Shown here in pieces: positions 38,061 through 52,422 of a stretch of DNA of 64,000 nucleotides (position 1 is its first letter; each line of letters starts with the position of its first letter). The DNA is from Octopus sinensis (lineage: Eukaryota), in assembly GCF_006345805.1 (NCBI RefSeq), contig NC_043014.1, positions 36,580,001 through 36,644,000 of the forward strand, in the 5' to 3' direction. Position numbers and translations under genes: made by a program. The notes under the pieces are model-generated. The model had not been told where the DNA came from. It saw only the letters and a list, made by a program, of their open reading frames with translations, and ran no database searches.

Positions 38061-38953
38061 AAAGCGTATTCTACCATCATTTCATCGTGTATATGTAAAG
38101 TATCAGTTAATATGATAGCCAGATGATCTTATGTGGCGAAGAGTGTGTAGAACAGCCATGCTTTTTGAAAATACTAAGAGTAGAAAGTTGCAACGAATGA
38201 CTTATCTCAGGTTTTTCTATTTGAGGTCTTCATCGCGTACGTCAGTTCTCTTCGCCACGGTTTCTCTTCGCCAACTTACCTTGGTAATCTACCTGCGCAC
38301 TCGGTCACCACACCAGAAATTTCTCAGTACTCCAGCATATATGTGTATATATAGAGAGAGATGTGTGTGTGTGTGCGCGCGCGCGTGCCGATAAGCCACT
38401 AAACGTTCTTCTACGGATCGCGTGAATCTCATTCACTTCCAGCATCTTGATCTTTCGATCTTACCTTTACACACATGTGTTTGTATGTATGTATATACAT
38501 GAATAAATATATGTGTATATATATGCAGAGTGGACTATAGTAAATGCTATATTTTGATTATTCATATTATCTTATAATATTTCGAAATATAAAAATTCCT
38601 TCTTCAGATATTGCTGAGAATTGATTGAGTGACGTCTATAATCAGTTTTCCAACGGTTACTGAAATTTTGTTTTCGGAAGCGTCTCTGCAGTGGTTTCTA
38701 TAAGCTCGTTCCGGCATTCCTTATGAGAACTGCGTGAGGGCCGCCATGTTCAGAGCTCGTGTGTGTTAGCATTATAGTTATGCATTATACGTGCATTTTT
38801 GTTTTATATAACACATGAGAATGTTAAAAGAAATGGTCATATACGCATCCAGATGTAACTAAATAATATATTCTTTGCATGGGTTGGGTGTACAAAAAAG
38901 TTAGGGAATCGGCACAGTGGGCAACAATATACTGTGTGTGTGTGTGTGTAATG

Positions 38954-39015
<62 letters not shown>

Positions 39016-39045
39016 AAGAAAATAATGTCTTGCATCTTAACTTAC

Positions 39046-39094
39046 GGGCTGAATTGTAAGGAACCATCATCAACATTAATATAACTAATAACAT
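39046..39094 (-). CDS. Signal-peptide exon (paralogue B)
   Basis: MLLVILMLMMVPYNSA + C|GTAAGT. The phase-1 end joins in frame to V exon 35821 (CTT GTT GAA). Confidence 0.8.
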
Positions 39095-39899
39095 CCCTGA
39101 TCTTAACAGGTAGGTATTAGGCAGAAAGGGAAATGATCGTCGGCTCTCAGCAAAAGAAAACAACGAAAAGACGTGTCTCACTCGAAAAGTGAAGTCGAAA
39201 TAGTCAAGCAAACACAGAGACAAAAACTCAATATATGTAAGTGTGACTGAGAGATGGAGTGCAATTCGAAGTGTGAGTGAAGCTGAGATTGTTCCATTTC
39301 CTGTTTCTTTCTGATTGTTTCTGTCTGTCAGTCTCTCCCAGGCTCACTTTCTCTCTCTCCCTCTCTCCTCTCTCTCCCTCTCCCCCTTTCTCTCTCTCAT
39401 TCTGATTTATCGTTCTCTTTCTGTTTCGAGAAGTAGACAGGTAAAATACATTAAGAAACACAGTTTCAAAGAATAAAAGAACGAGAAACACAGGCGCGCC
39501 AACACACGGAACACGCGCTGCAAGCACACACACTCGGACACACACACACACACACACATACACACACACACATGCACACACAAACACACCACAGAGCAGA
39601 GAGTGAATTTCAGCATACTGAGAGAATGAGTGAGGGGCAAAGTAAATTGATTAGGAAAGAGACGGCGACCAAGAATACGTAAGAGGGAAGAGAGGGAAAA
39701 ATAAAGACGTGAACGTGAGAAAATCGGCAAGGTTGTGATGGAATGAAAGAATATAACAAACACCAAGAGGACATCAAAGAGTGAACGAGAGGGAGAGAGA
39801 AAGAGACAGACAGAATGAAAAGATAGTATGGTGTAAGGGGCACATTTTCCTTATTTGTTGAAATATCTTAAAATTTTTCCTTATTGACTTCAGCAGGCT

Positions 39900-40300
39900 A
39901 CTGCAAAGAGCCCCGGTAGCAGAGGCTAAACTTATATAAACGAAAGCTGTATTTATCTGGCCCCTTTCTCTTCGAATTCCATGACATTCTTCCTAAGATT
40001 GTCTTAATAGGTTGCTGCTCTTCTTCACTAAATCCTTTGTACTGCATTCCCAGTTCCCGCAACAATTGTATTTGGCAACCTAGAAGATTTTGTTGCATAA
40101 ATTTCTTGGGGTTACCTAACATCGATGAAGCTGCACCTGGCAAATCTATAGGCAACATTTGAGTGCTGTGATTGCTGTCATTCGACTATCAGCCACATCT
40201 TTAGCTGTTGTCTGTCCCATCCTGCATACATTGAGTTCAAACTGCTGCCACTCATTGTAGATATATGGTGGACGAATTTTATCTGCTGAACTACTCTGCA
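39900..40300 (-). mobile_element. Hero-like LINE relic
   Basis: EWQQFELNVCRMGQTTAKDVADSRM and ELGMQYKGFSEEEQQP. Confidence 0.7.
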
Positions 40301-40789
40301 TTGGGTTGGGTGTGCAAGCACATTAAGGGAATCGGCACAGTGAGCTTTTTTTCAGTATGTGACCTCGTGAAGACTACTTGCATTTTTTTCCCTCTGTCCT
40401 CCCACCTCGGGATCTTTCTTCCTCCTATGTTTCCGACGAAGAGGTCCGCTCGAAACGTCATACCCTCCTTCTTCCCTTCTTTCCTGAGCGTCCAATAATA
40501 CTTTATTTGTTCCACATCCTCGCGTTGTTGTCTTTTTGTTTTCTTGCTTGGATTAACTTTATATATATAATATATATATATATATATTATATATATATAT
40601 AGTGTGTGTGTGTGTGTATGTGTGGTGTTGCGCTTGCGCAGAAGGTGGAAAAGACGGTGAGTGTGAAAAGGCGAAAAAGCAGATTCTACCGTCATTTCGT
40701 CGTGTGTATGTTATGTATTAGTTATGAAGATAGCCAGATGATTTTAAGTTTGTGAAAGAGCGTGTAGCACAGCAGGCCCTTTGAAAATA

Positions 40790-43750
40790 CTAATAGAAAA
40801 GTTGTTGCAAATATTTTCCTCAAACTCAACGAACAACATATCTCGGTTTTTACCGTTAGAGGTCTTCATCTCGTATGTCTGCATTTCTGGGTGTCAGAAG
40901 TTTTATAGATGTTATATTTCACTGAATCGCTACCGAGAGCCTGGTCTTATGCAGCACTGATCAGGCTTTCTGTGGTTACACTTCAAATCACCTTGCCCAA
41001 AACATGCCCTCGATGCTGTATTATCCTTAATGTCCTGTGCATTCGTTTCAAACCATCCATGTATTCTCATTTCAAGAAGGTCTTCTTTTCTCTTCTCCTC
41101 GGCTCTTTGGTTAAACACTTTCTTGCCCATCACTTCATCTGCATTTACACCCATATTTTTCGCGGCATATTTCAGCAGATCTTCATCACTATTTATCAAA
41201 TACTCGGCAAGCGTTCTCCTTTCACTCCTTATAGAATGGTCTATACTAATTAGTCCTCTGCTACCATTCTTTTTTTCTTTTCATATACAGTCTGTTTACA
41301 TTTGCTTTAATTTGTAGCGCCCCATGCAGCGTCATCAACTTTCTCGTACTTCTATCCAGTGTTGATATTTCATCTTTAGTCCATTTGAGAAGGGCGCACT
41401 ATATCTGACCTCCGCAACTGCCCAGATATTCATTGCAGTAATCAAATTTTTGGCATTTATGTTGGATTTCAACACAATATTCACTCTTTTTTATATGCTT
41501 CGCTAATCCAAAGTTTCATTCTCCGTGTAGAATATTATCCAGCTCCAACATCTTTAAATATCTATACCCACTACCGTTCACCCATGGTCTCTCCTGATGG
41601 TAGCCGCAATCCTCTGAAGGCTACTTTCGTCTCTCTTTTCATATTAAATACTCAGCGTTTGGTAATCCCACATTCCATATCGATGTCCCTACCACACTTC
41701 TGCACTTTTTTGGTTAAGGAATCTATCTGTTTTTCAGATTTCCCAAACAATTTCAAACGATGGTTCAAAAGATCGTTAATCCACCTTAACTTCCCTAAGT
41801 GTCATTGTTATAGGTATTAGTGCAATTACAAAAAGTAACGAAGAAAACGAGTCACCTTGGAAGATTCCCCTTTTAATATTAACTTCTCTAAGGAATATAT
41901 TACTTGAGTACAATTTAGTTTTCTACTCTTTCATGCTATGCATCAGAAAGTTTGTGATGTTGTCAACAACACCAAACATCTGCAGGCATTCAACGATCCA
42001 AGAATAAGGCATCATATACGCACTCTTAAAGTCAATCCAAGCCATAGACATGTTTGTATGATGTTTTACAAGGCCTCAAAACTGTTTTATAGATGACCCG
42101 ATGATCCTTGGCACCCTGAGAACTCTTCCTACATCTTTTTTGTTCCCTTGGATTGGTAGTATTTCTTCCAGTGCCAGGAAATTGTATGTCTTTGCCGCAC
42201 ATATTTTAGTTAGTATTTTCCAGATTATGTTTAGGCATGCTTTCTTCTATCTTTCATTACAAGTTCTGTTCCCCCAGTCACCATCCACGCGGAGATCGTA
42301 CCTTTCTGGACACACTCATTCACATGGGCTGTTAGACTTTCATGCACCGCGTGGCCTCTCTTCAGCCAGAAGCCATGAATCCTATCTGGTCCTGGGGCTT
42401 TCCAGTTAGGTACTTTACCCACTTGTTCTTTCACATCACCTGTGCTTATTCCTTTGTTGCTTTCCCCATTGTAATTCTATCTTGATAGCCCCTATCCACA
42501 TTGCATCCCTTTTATGCACCCAATTTGTTTCCCCATCATCTGCTCCAGTACTCCTTGGCTTGATTTCCATCAGGAGCAACTTTTTCCCCCATAGTGTCCT
42601 TCTAACGTTCTGAAGAATTGCTTCGGGTTATTTTTGAATAATCTGTTCTCGAACTGCTTATTTCTGTTCACAAATCTTCTGAGCTTCTGGCTTTTTGCCA
42701 TGATCCTTTGTTTTAATTGCTCTGTTACTGCATCAAACCAGTTCTTTTGTATTTTATATTTCTTCTCTAATCTTTCTCAGTCGGTTTTTGTCCTATTTTC
42801 CCAGTTTCCTCTTAACTATTGCTCAGTTTTTCCTAGATCTTGCCTTGCCCGCATTATCTCCCTTCCAATGTGTCGTTTCCACCATTTTTTGTTCTCTTAA
42901 GTTGCAACTTCTCCTCAACAAGTAGCCCAATAGCTCGGAGAAGATTCCTTGTTTGTGTTATGTCCTCTGTCTGGATGAATATTCTGACAGTATTTATCTT
43001 TCGTGTTACGTTATTTATCATATTTCTATCTACCCTTCTCATATTCATAAAGAATTTTTCTCCTGGAGCATTCATCAAGTCGGTGAATTGTCTTTGAATT
43101 TCAAGCAACTCATTATCTAATTGGTTCTTTTCCCCTTCATGTCCACCCACCACAGTATCAGGATTTAATGTATAGCGTTCCTGTTCTTCATTCCTAACAG
43201 CCCCATCACCCTTCCCCTGTTCGTCCTGTCTACTCTTCTCCTTGCTTTCAACTCTTACTTCTCTGTTTTCATCTCCGACCATCCTTTGTAGCCCATCGGC
43301 AAGGTCTCTCAGACTCTCACTAATCCGAGATATTTCTTCTCCAGTTAAGTAATCCTTCCTCCTAATCACTCTCACTAGGTTCATTAGTTTGTTTTCTGAC
43401 ATAGGGCACATATCTTTTTCCATCCAAAATTACAAGGTACCTCGGCCTACTCCACGACTTCTTTCCAGCTTTGCTCTTTCATGACATTCATAAGTGTATC
43501 GTACTCTTCCTTTGTCCACTTATGTCTGTTTATGCGCACACCGAGTATTTGATCTGTTGCGACATAACGACCGTCCGAGACCAGATCACTGCCCCTGATG
43601 CGGGCACTTTCGGACGTACCGGGCCTGAAACCTTGACCATGATCGGCTATAGCTTCATTCTCGCCGTTAATTCTTTCCTTGTGTTGCAACATGATTTCAT
43701 GAGTCGTTGGTGGGTTTCCCACAAGAGTTGTTATTGAGATACCGTCCCTC
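40790..43750 (-). mobile_element. R4/Dong-clade non-LTR retrotransposon, long and degenerate
   Basis: N-terminal SENKLMNLVRVIRRKDYLTGEEI, then NWKAPGPDRIHGFWLK, RT remnants, EMRIHGWF and a CCHC remnant. Confidence 0.85.
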
Positions 43751-44386
43751 TCTTCCTCTCTTTATTTGTATATACATGCGCACATGTATATACATACACA
43801 TATATAAATAACGCGCTTGAAGTATGTCACCTCCATAACCACAGTGATTATCATTACCACGATCGTTCTATCTGTAGCATTTAAAATTATCAATAATAAT
43901 ATGGGTCCCGGTATATTGCAACAGATCTTCGTCACTATTTATCAAATACTCGGCAAGCATTCTCCTTTCACTCTTTATACAATGGTCTTTACTAAGCAGT
44001 CCTCTACCACCTTTCTTTTCATATACAGTCTGTTTACGTTTGAGGTTAACACTTAATACTATGTTTGCCCTCCCTGCATAAATTGTATTTGCCGAACAAT
44101 TCTTCTGTGCCGATGAAGAGAAATAGCCCAGCAATCGCGATACACAGATATTGTTTTGAGCTGAGTGGGGATGCTAGATTCCCTTGTTCGAAAATATAAG
44201 AACACAGATCGTGCCATATAGTCAGCAGGAGACGATGTCTCCTGGGGCTAAATTACAGTAACATTAGTCCTAAACTAGGACTACCATGTTATGTTGGCAA
44301 ACAATCTTTACTACAAAGTACTGTTGCTGAATATCTCACGTTGTGAGATTTAAAAATAGTAATTTTCTAATTATCAACTTGCTTTA

Positions 44387-44960
44387 AGGCGGCGAGCTGG
44401 CAGAAACGTTAGCACGCCGGGCGAAATGCTTAGCGGTATTTCATCCTTTCGGGGTCAATAAATTAAGTACCAGTTACGCACTGGGATCGATCTAATCGAC
44501 TTAATCCCTTTGTCTGTCCTTGTTGGTCCCCTCTATGTTTAGCCCCTAGTGGGCAATAACGAAATAAGAATCGTTAGCACGTCGGGCGAAAAGCTTAGCG
44601 GTATATTTCGTTTGCTGTTAGGTTTTGAGTTCGAATTCCGCCGAGGTCGACTTTGCCTTTCAACCTTTCGGGGTCGGTTAAATAAGTACCAGTTACGCAC
44701 CGGGGTCGATATAATCGACTTAATCCGTTTGTCTGTCCTTGTTTGTCCCCTCTGTGTTTAGCCCCTTGTGGATAGTAAAGAAATAGGTATTTCATCTGTC
44801 TTTACGTTCTGAGTTCAACTTCCGCCGAAGTCGATTTTGCCTTTCATCCTTTCGCGGGCAATAAATTAAGTACCAGTAGCAAGCTAAGGTCGATCTAATC
44901 GACTGACCCCTTCACCCAAAATTTCGGGCCTTCTGCCTAGAATAGAAAAGAAAAGAATAT
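44387..44960 (+). mobile_element. Tandem SINE array (same family as 2832-3440)
   Basis: AAGGCGGCGAGCTGGCAGAAACGTTAGCACGCCGGGCGAAATG head followed by repeated bodies. Confidence 0.85.
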
Positions 44961-45135
44961 TCAACTTGCTTTCTATATTGTTACTTCTCTTGTAATACTT
45001 CTTATTGAAGGTTACGATCGTTGCAAATGGCTAGTAGAACCATTTCACCACAAATATATGCCTCTCTACACCAAATTAATTAACTAATCAGTTGACTAAC
45101 GAAATAGTTTTCTCCCACCAATCACGTCAGATTCT

Positions 45136-45235
45136 NNNNNNNNNNNNNNNNNNNNNNNNNNNNNNNNNNNNNNNNNNNNNNNNNNNNNNNNNNNNNNNNN
45201 NNNNNNNNNNNNNNNNNNNNNNNNNNNNNNNNNNN
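45136..45235. other. Assembly gap (100 N)
   Basis: Run of 100 N. Confidence 1.
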
Positions 45236-45697
45236 GTATATTGACTAACGTATACATTTCCACAAATCTCAACGATTTGGCCAGCTGATATCAGTTTTGG
45301 CACAAACTTGGCAGATATGCATCTCATACCCAAATATTCAGTGATAATGGACTGAACTGAACCATAATTAATCTGCACATCCTCTGATAACTCACGAATG
45401 GGGACTCGACGATTTCCCCTCACGGCTCATACACTCCTCTCCATACACTTTCTGCAACTTTGCGTTGGCCTCTGAGCATGTATCGCCATGGCTACGTTCT
45501 CTTTCATGGTCAATTCGACGATCACACGTTTTTAACCACCTTCATTCTAAACACTGTTGTAAACAGCGGAAGTGAGCTAGAACGTTAAAATATAGTGCGC
45601 ATGCTCAACAAAAGTCAATCTTTGCTAAGAGGTTTGACTCTGCGTGCTTTAGCTTCGTTACTACAACAACAGTCTGGATACCACTGATCAGACCTCG

Positions 45698-45700
<3 letters not shown>
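45236..45700 (-). mobile_element. Mariner 5' fragment
   Basis: NRRVPIRELSEDVQINYGSVQSIITEYLGMRCISAKFVPKL; end ...GATCAGACCTCGTA. Confidence 0.8.
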
Positions 45701-45733
<33 letters not shown>

Positions 45734-46379
45734 TACATTTATGTGTATGTGTTTGTGTGTGTACATATTTATCTATACATATACATATACATGTATATCT
45801 ATGTGTGTGTGTGTGTGTGTGGTGTGTGTGTGAGTGTGTGAGTGCATATATTTGTTTCCTTTATTTCAGCATGTCATAATTGTATTTTTAAGCAACTGAA
45901 ATCAGTAGCAAATTTTGATAGAAATTTAAGCACTTTCTTTCTTTTAGCCATGATGGAGTGTTCTAAGTATTTTCATCCTGTTGATCCCTGTTCTTACATA
46001 TAAATTTACTCGTGTGAAACCCCTTTGCCTTTTCAGTATTATCTAATACTAGCAAACGTACCCATCCTTTCACAGTTTAAGTTGCATTTATGCCCATGAC
46101 ACCTGATTGAGACTAGAGGTGAATAATCTCGCGTGTCCATAACTTTCAGGTGTTCTAACACCCGATGCTTTGAGAGAGTATTCTTCACCGCGCCAGGTTT
46201 CAGGCAGCCGGAAAATGTATGAGTTTTCTTGCATGCGGTAAGATTCCCAGGATGTCAAAAGAAAGTATACTATCCCATGTTCATAAAGCGGGGAGCAGAA
46301 CAGAAGCTAGAAGTTTCAGGCCTATCTCTCTGACGTCACATATTAGCAAGTTTATGGAACGCATTGACTGAAGGGGGCT

Positions 46380-48400
46380 AATCACGTTCTTTAAAGAAAG
46401 TAACTTGCTCACACGCAACACACGACAGAGCTTCCGTCGGGGGAGAAGCTACGTCTCACAGCTACTACACAGATTAGACCCTCTGTTTCCGCTTTTAAAT
46501 CACTTTCAGTCATCCACAGCCATCTTTTTTCTCTGTATGTCTTATCTTTACCGTCTTTAAGAAATTGACCATGCATTCTTTTCTTTACCCACCTATTTTC
46601 AGTTTCATTCGTTTTCAATTTCTTGTATAGTGCTTTATCTTTGCAATCTTTGATCCTACACAAGCCTGACTTTCTTACTTCTAATAATAGCGGCTATGTT
46701 GCTTTTTCTGCTCTAATTGTGTGTTCGCATCCAATAAATCCCCTTCCCCTTCTTTTTCTTGTTACATACTGTCTGTCTGTGTCACTTTTTGTGTGTAGTG
46801 ACCCATATCTAGTGAGCAACTTTCTCAATTTCTGACCAAGCTGTTTAGTTCGTCTACTGTCCATGCGATTACTCCTGCTCTATATCTAAGGAGTGAAACC
46901 ACCCAGGTGTTGATATATTAGATCTTATTCCGTCCGTTTAATTTCGACTTAAGGATCCGTCATTTGTTTCTCCATCAATTTATCCATTGCTAAAATCCAT
47001 AAGTACGTATAGCCCGTCTCTTCTACCTGCTTCATAATCACCCCCTCGACGGTATCGTTAGACCGTACATAGATTTGATTTTTCCTCTCTTCAAGACTAT
47101 CACACCACACTTTCTCAGTCCGAACACTATTCTGATATCAGTACTGAAAGCATACACCGTATCAACGATGGAATGACTTGGGCTTCATCATCACCATAAA
47201 TTTTGAGGTCAGTCATGAATAACAAATGGCTGACTTTTTGTTGGCGGATTTTGAATACATGCCCAGCTTTTGCTTTCCTCACAATTAGTGTTAGTGGTAT
47301 CAAGCAAAGTACAAAGATCAGGGGGACACTTCCCAAGCTAACCTATCATATCCCTCGACATTTCTTTTTTCCTTATCGCATATCTTGTTGTCAGCTCAGC
47401 ATGCTATTTTTATGATACAACATCGTTATTTTCTCTTTCTCAATTAACATTATGTCTGGATTCCTATTTTCTATGACATGGTCACACTGAATCATAGAAA
47501 CCCATAGGATCATTGCATTATCATTTTCGATGATGCCTTCGGTTTTATGTATTGCTCTTTCAAGTCCATGCTTGTTGCAAAGTGTCCAATGAACAATCCT
47601 TGCTATATAGTCATGACGTCTCATATTTTTTCTGGGCTAGTGGCGTACATATGCCATACAGTTTTACCGTTCTTTACACAGATTCTGCATTGATCATTTT
47701 CTGATGTGCTGTCTATTCTGTATTTGATGTAATTCGTTTTTAGGGCTTGCTCTTGGGCAGCACAGATTAGAGCCTCCGTTTCCGGTTTTAAATCACTTTC
47801 ATTTATTCATAGCCACCTTTTCTCTCCGTCTATCTTATCTTCAACATCTCTATGTAATTGTTAATGCATTCTGTTCTTTATCTACCTATTTTCAGTTTCA
47901 TTCATTCTGAAGTTCTTCTACAGTGCTTTACAGTGCCTCCATCCTACACATGCCTCACCTTCTTACTTCCAATGATAAATAGCATGGAAGCAAAAAACAT
48001 GTACAGTCGGTTTGCAACAGATACGAACTTCAAGACAGATATTGAAGAACGGTGGTAATCGATACGGAGAAGTGACTGGAAGATAGAGACATTAGTTAAT
48101 TATATCCCTGCCAGGGTCTGTACATTGCCTTTTTCTACGTTCATTATACCATATTTCTTGAGCCTGAATTCCATCTCAATGTCAACTCTAAAACAGTAGA
48201 CCATGTTCACCAAAGAACTCACTTGTGCCTCATCCTTGCCATGTAGCTCCAAATCATCCATGAAGAGGTAGTGGTTGATTCCTTCAGATTTTCTCTTTAA
48301 CTGATATACCAGGTTCATTTTCCTCAGCACCAAAACCAAAGGTATCATAGAAAGAGTAAAATACAATGGAGATAAGATCTATCCTCAGAACGTCCGTCCT
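46380..48400 (-). mobile_element. Scrambled R4/Dong LINE fragments
   Basis: KRMHGQF, LKPETEALICAAQEQAL, RRHDYIARIVHW, NHYLFMDDL. Confidence 0.85.
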
Positions 48401-48419
48401 TGTCGACGATGACCAAGGA

Positions 48420-48740
48420 CATCAGGTAGGAGAAGAAGACGGGGCACAGTGCGTCCAGCAGTGGTCAATAAGTCCGGTGCGTAGTTGGAAATCTTAGCTG
48501 CAGGTTCGGCACTTTGAGATGGAAAACTTTGAGTGTGTCCTTGAAGTACTTTTTCTGTTCACCTTGCGTGTGCTTACCTTCCAGCAGTTCACTGTTGAAC
48601 AGTCTCTTGAGGAGAAGCATGTCAAACATTCGAAAAAGTGGTCTGTTTACCTGTCTTGCGCTCTCCTCAGAAGTATGTAAATGCTTGGCAGAGCAGCTCG
48701 AGAGAAGACCTCCGTGTCTGGCATGTTGTCTTGCCAGGTG
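48420..48740 (-). mobile_element. RTE LINE C-terminal fragment
   Basis: KRLFNSELLEGKHTQGEQKKYFKDTLK. Confidence 0.75.
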
Positions 48741-49192
48741 ATTTTGCAAAAGCTTTCTCAGGTAATTCATATACATTCATTCTTGGTTTATTAAAATTAT
48801 CTCTGCCTCTAAAGGATGTCATGTATGTATGTATGTATGTATGTATGTATGTATGTATGCATGTATGTATGTATGTATGTATGTATGCATGTATGCATGT
48901 ATGTATGTTTGGATCCAAAACTTCTGAACACTGTCGCGTAACACTGATCTAAAACGATGAATCCGTTAATATGTAAAGTCAAAAATATTCTACGTTCGAA
49001 ATGGACGTGTTGAACGCTTCTTGAGCGAAAGAAATATGAATTAGAAAAAAAAAAGAGAAGTCGACTTTAATATTTCTATATTTACTCTTCTATACGTATT
49101 GACTACATATTTCTATCTCATTTGAATTACTACTCGCAAACAACATAGCACGCACGCATACATACACAAGCACATACTATTCATATATGTAT

Positions 49193-49245
<53 letters not shown>

Positions 49246-50527
49246 CGAGTGACGTTCAATACGTAATGCCTCTGACCCACTTGCAGTTGTTTGATCTAGC
49301 TGTAATGTTGCATGTGCAATCATTTATATCTCTATAGAGTAAGTGGCAAATTACAGCTCTGAATTAATTGTGGTTTCTGATTTACAGGTGTTTGAACCGA
49401 GTCAAGTGTGAAATGGAGTCTGTTGAGTGTCGAGCACTGATCCGGTTTTTGTATTTGAAAGGACGCACACCACGGGAGACTTTTGATGAAATTAAAGTAA
49501 CTTATGGTGATGATGCCCCATCATATGACCTTGTAAAACGCTGGCATCGTGGATTCAAACATGGTCGGAACTCTGTGGAAACAGCTCCCACATCTGGTCG
49601 ACCCCTTCTGCCATTGATGAGGCATCTGTCCGTCAAGTTGAGGCTGCCATTTTGGAAGATCGACGCATAATTATTCGCCAAATAGCCCATGAGGTCAAGA
49701 TTAGTACCGGGTCTGTGGAAACAATCATTCATGACCATTTGCATATGCAAAAGGTGTCTGCCAGATGGATTCCCAGGTTGCTCACGCCTTTCCAGAAGCA
49801 AGAACGCGTCGAGTGCTCGAGGGTGAATTTGGTGATGTGCCAAGAAGATGAGTCAAAATTTTTCAAAAGACTGATTACACAGGATGAAACCTGGGTCCAT
49901 CACGATGATCCAGAGACCAAAGCCCAGTCAATGCAGTGGAAGCACCGTGACTCACCCCCTCCAAAGAAGGCAAGGGTGCAGCCCTCCGCTGGCAAGGTCA
50001 TGCTCACAGTCTTCTGGGACCAGGACGGAGTAGTGATGACAGATTTCCTGGCAAAGGGTACCACAATTGCAGGAGCCTATTATGCTTCACTTTTGAGGAA
50101 ATTAAGAGAAGTTATCAAAATCAAGAGGCGGGGCAAGATCAGCAAAGGCATCCTCCTCCTGCAGGACAACGCTCCGGTCCACAACTCGCTTGTCGCCAGA
50201 TCAGAAGCACAGGCGTATGGCTATGAACTCCTCCCCTACTTTCCTGACCTTGCACCCTCTGATTTTCACCTCTTCTCAATCATGAAGTTGTTTTTGAAAG
50301 GAAAGCGTTTCCCAGATGATGCAGCCTTGATTTCTGAAGTCACGTTGAGGTTGGAGGACCAAGCTGGGTTCTTCTACAAAAACAGTCTCCAGAGCCGCAT
50401 CAAACGATGGGAGAAATGCGTAACTCTGGGTGGTTCCTATGTAAAAAAAGACTAATAACTGTGCCAAGTTTCGTTGCTCTACTGCTATGTGAAGTGGGTC
50501 AGTGGCATTACTTATTGAACGCCCCTC

Positions 50528-50528
<1 letters not shown>
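49246..50528 (+). mobile_element. Full-length (1283-bp) mariner transposon, defective
   Basis: TA-flanked TIRs CGAG..CGTTCAATA.GTAATGCC and its reverse complement; contains the transposase pseudogene. Confidence 0.95.
49413..50455 (+). pseudogene. Mariner DDD transposase, frameshifted
   Basis: MESVECRALIRF..., frameshift near 49600, WIPRLL, ITQDETW, LQDNAPVH, PYFPDLAPSDFHLF (3 codons missing before YSPDL). Confidence 0.9.
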
Positions 50529-50597
<69 letters not shown>

Positions 50598-51020
50598 CCA
50601 TACATACATACTTACATACATACATACATACATACATGCATACATACATACATACGTACATGCATACGTACATACATACATACATACATACCCACATACA
50701 TAGATACGTACATACGTATTATATATGCATTATGTTTGCATGTACGTACCTATGTATGTATGTATGTATGTATGTATGTATGTATGTATGTATGCATGTA
50801 TGCATGCATGCATGTATGTATGTATGTCTGTATGTATGTATGTATGTATGTATGTATGTATGTATGTATGTAGAGGTATGCTAATGCAAAGAGGAAAAAA
50901 GGAACTCAAAATATGATTTTGCAAAAGCTTTCTCAGGTAATTCATATACATACATTCTTGGTTTATTAAAATTATCTCTGCCTCTAAAGGATGTCATATG
51001 TATGTATGTATGTATCTATG

Positions 51021-51054
<34 letters not shown>

Positions 51055-51517
51055 TGTATGTATGTATGTATGTATGCATATATGTATTTATGTATGTATG
51101 TATGCATGTATGTATGTTTGGATCCAAAACTTCAGAACACTCCGTCGCGTAACACTGATCTAAAACGATGAATCCGTTAATATGTAAAGTCAAAAATAGT
51201 CTACGTTCAAAATGAACGTGATGAACGCTACTTGAGCAAAAGGAATATGAATAAGAAAAAAAAAGAAGTCAATTTTAATAACTCTATATTTACTCTTCTA
51301 TACGTATTGACTACATATTTCTATCTCATTTGAATTACTACTCGCAAACAACATAGCACGCGCGCATACATACACAAGCACCTACTATTCATATATATAT
51401 ATATATATTCTGTTGTGTCTGAGGAGAGTCATTCTCTTTTAGTGCCTTATTATTTAACAGAATATACTTCAACACACGAACTCATATAAAGAATCTTGCA
51501 AACCAAATCCAGAAACG

Positions 51518-51584
<67 letters not shown>

Positions 51585-51980
51585 ATATATACATACATAT
51601 ATATCCATACATGCATACATACATACTTACATACATACATACGTACATACATACATGCCCGCATACATAGATACGTACATACGTATTATGTATGTATTAT
51701 GTTTGTATGTATGTATGCATGAATGTATGTATGTATGTATGTATGTATGTATGTATGTATGTATGTATGTATGTATGCATGCATGTATGTATGTATGTAT
51801 GTATGTAGGGGTATACTAATGCAAGCAGGAAAAATAGAACTCAAAATATGAGTATCTGTGTAGGGGGAGATAGAACAATATAGTAAGCACAGGCACTCAA
51901 TGAATGTAAGTATGAGATCTAAAAAAGAACGATGCAATGTTGGAGCTGAAAAGAAAATGTTTTCTTGAATCATAATTTTT

Positions 51981-52029
51981 GGGCCGAATTGTAAGGAACC
52001 ATAATCAATATCAATATAACTAATAACAT
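51981..52029 (-). pseudogene. Leader-exon copy with lost donor
   Basis: MLLVILILIMVPYNSA followed by AAAAAT instead of GTAAGT. Confidence 0.7.
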
Positions 52030-52353
52030 CCATGATCTTAACAGGTAGGTATTAGGCAGAAAGGGAAATGATCTTCGACTCCCAGCAACACAAAATTGTA
52101 CTTAGTAACCCAGAAGATTTTGCTGCATAATTTCTTGGGGTTACCTAACATCGATGAAGCTGCACCTGGCAAATCCTCAGGCAACATTTGAGAGCTGTGA
52201 TTGCTGTCATTCGACTATCAGCCACGTCTTTAGCTGTTGTCTGACTCATGCGGCATAAATTGAGTTCAAACTACTGCCACTCGTTTCAGATGCTTACTGG
52301 ACGTATTTCATCTGCTGAACTACTCTGCATTGAGTTGGGTGCATGTGCACTGA

Positions 52354-52422
<69 letters not shown>

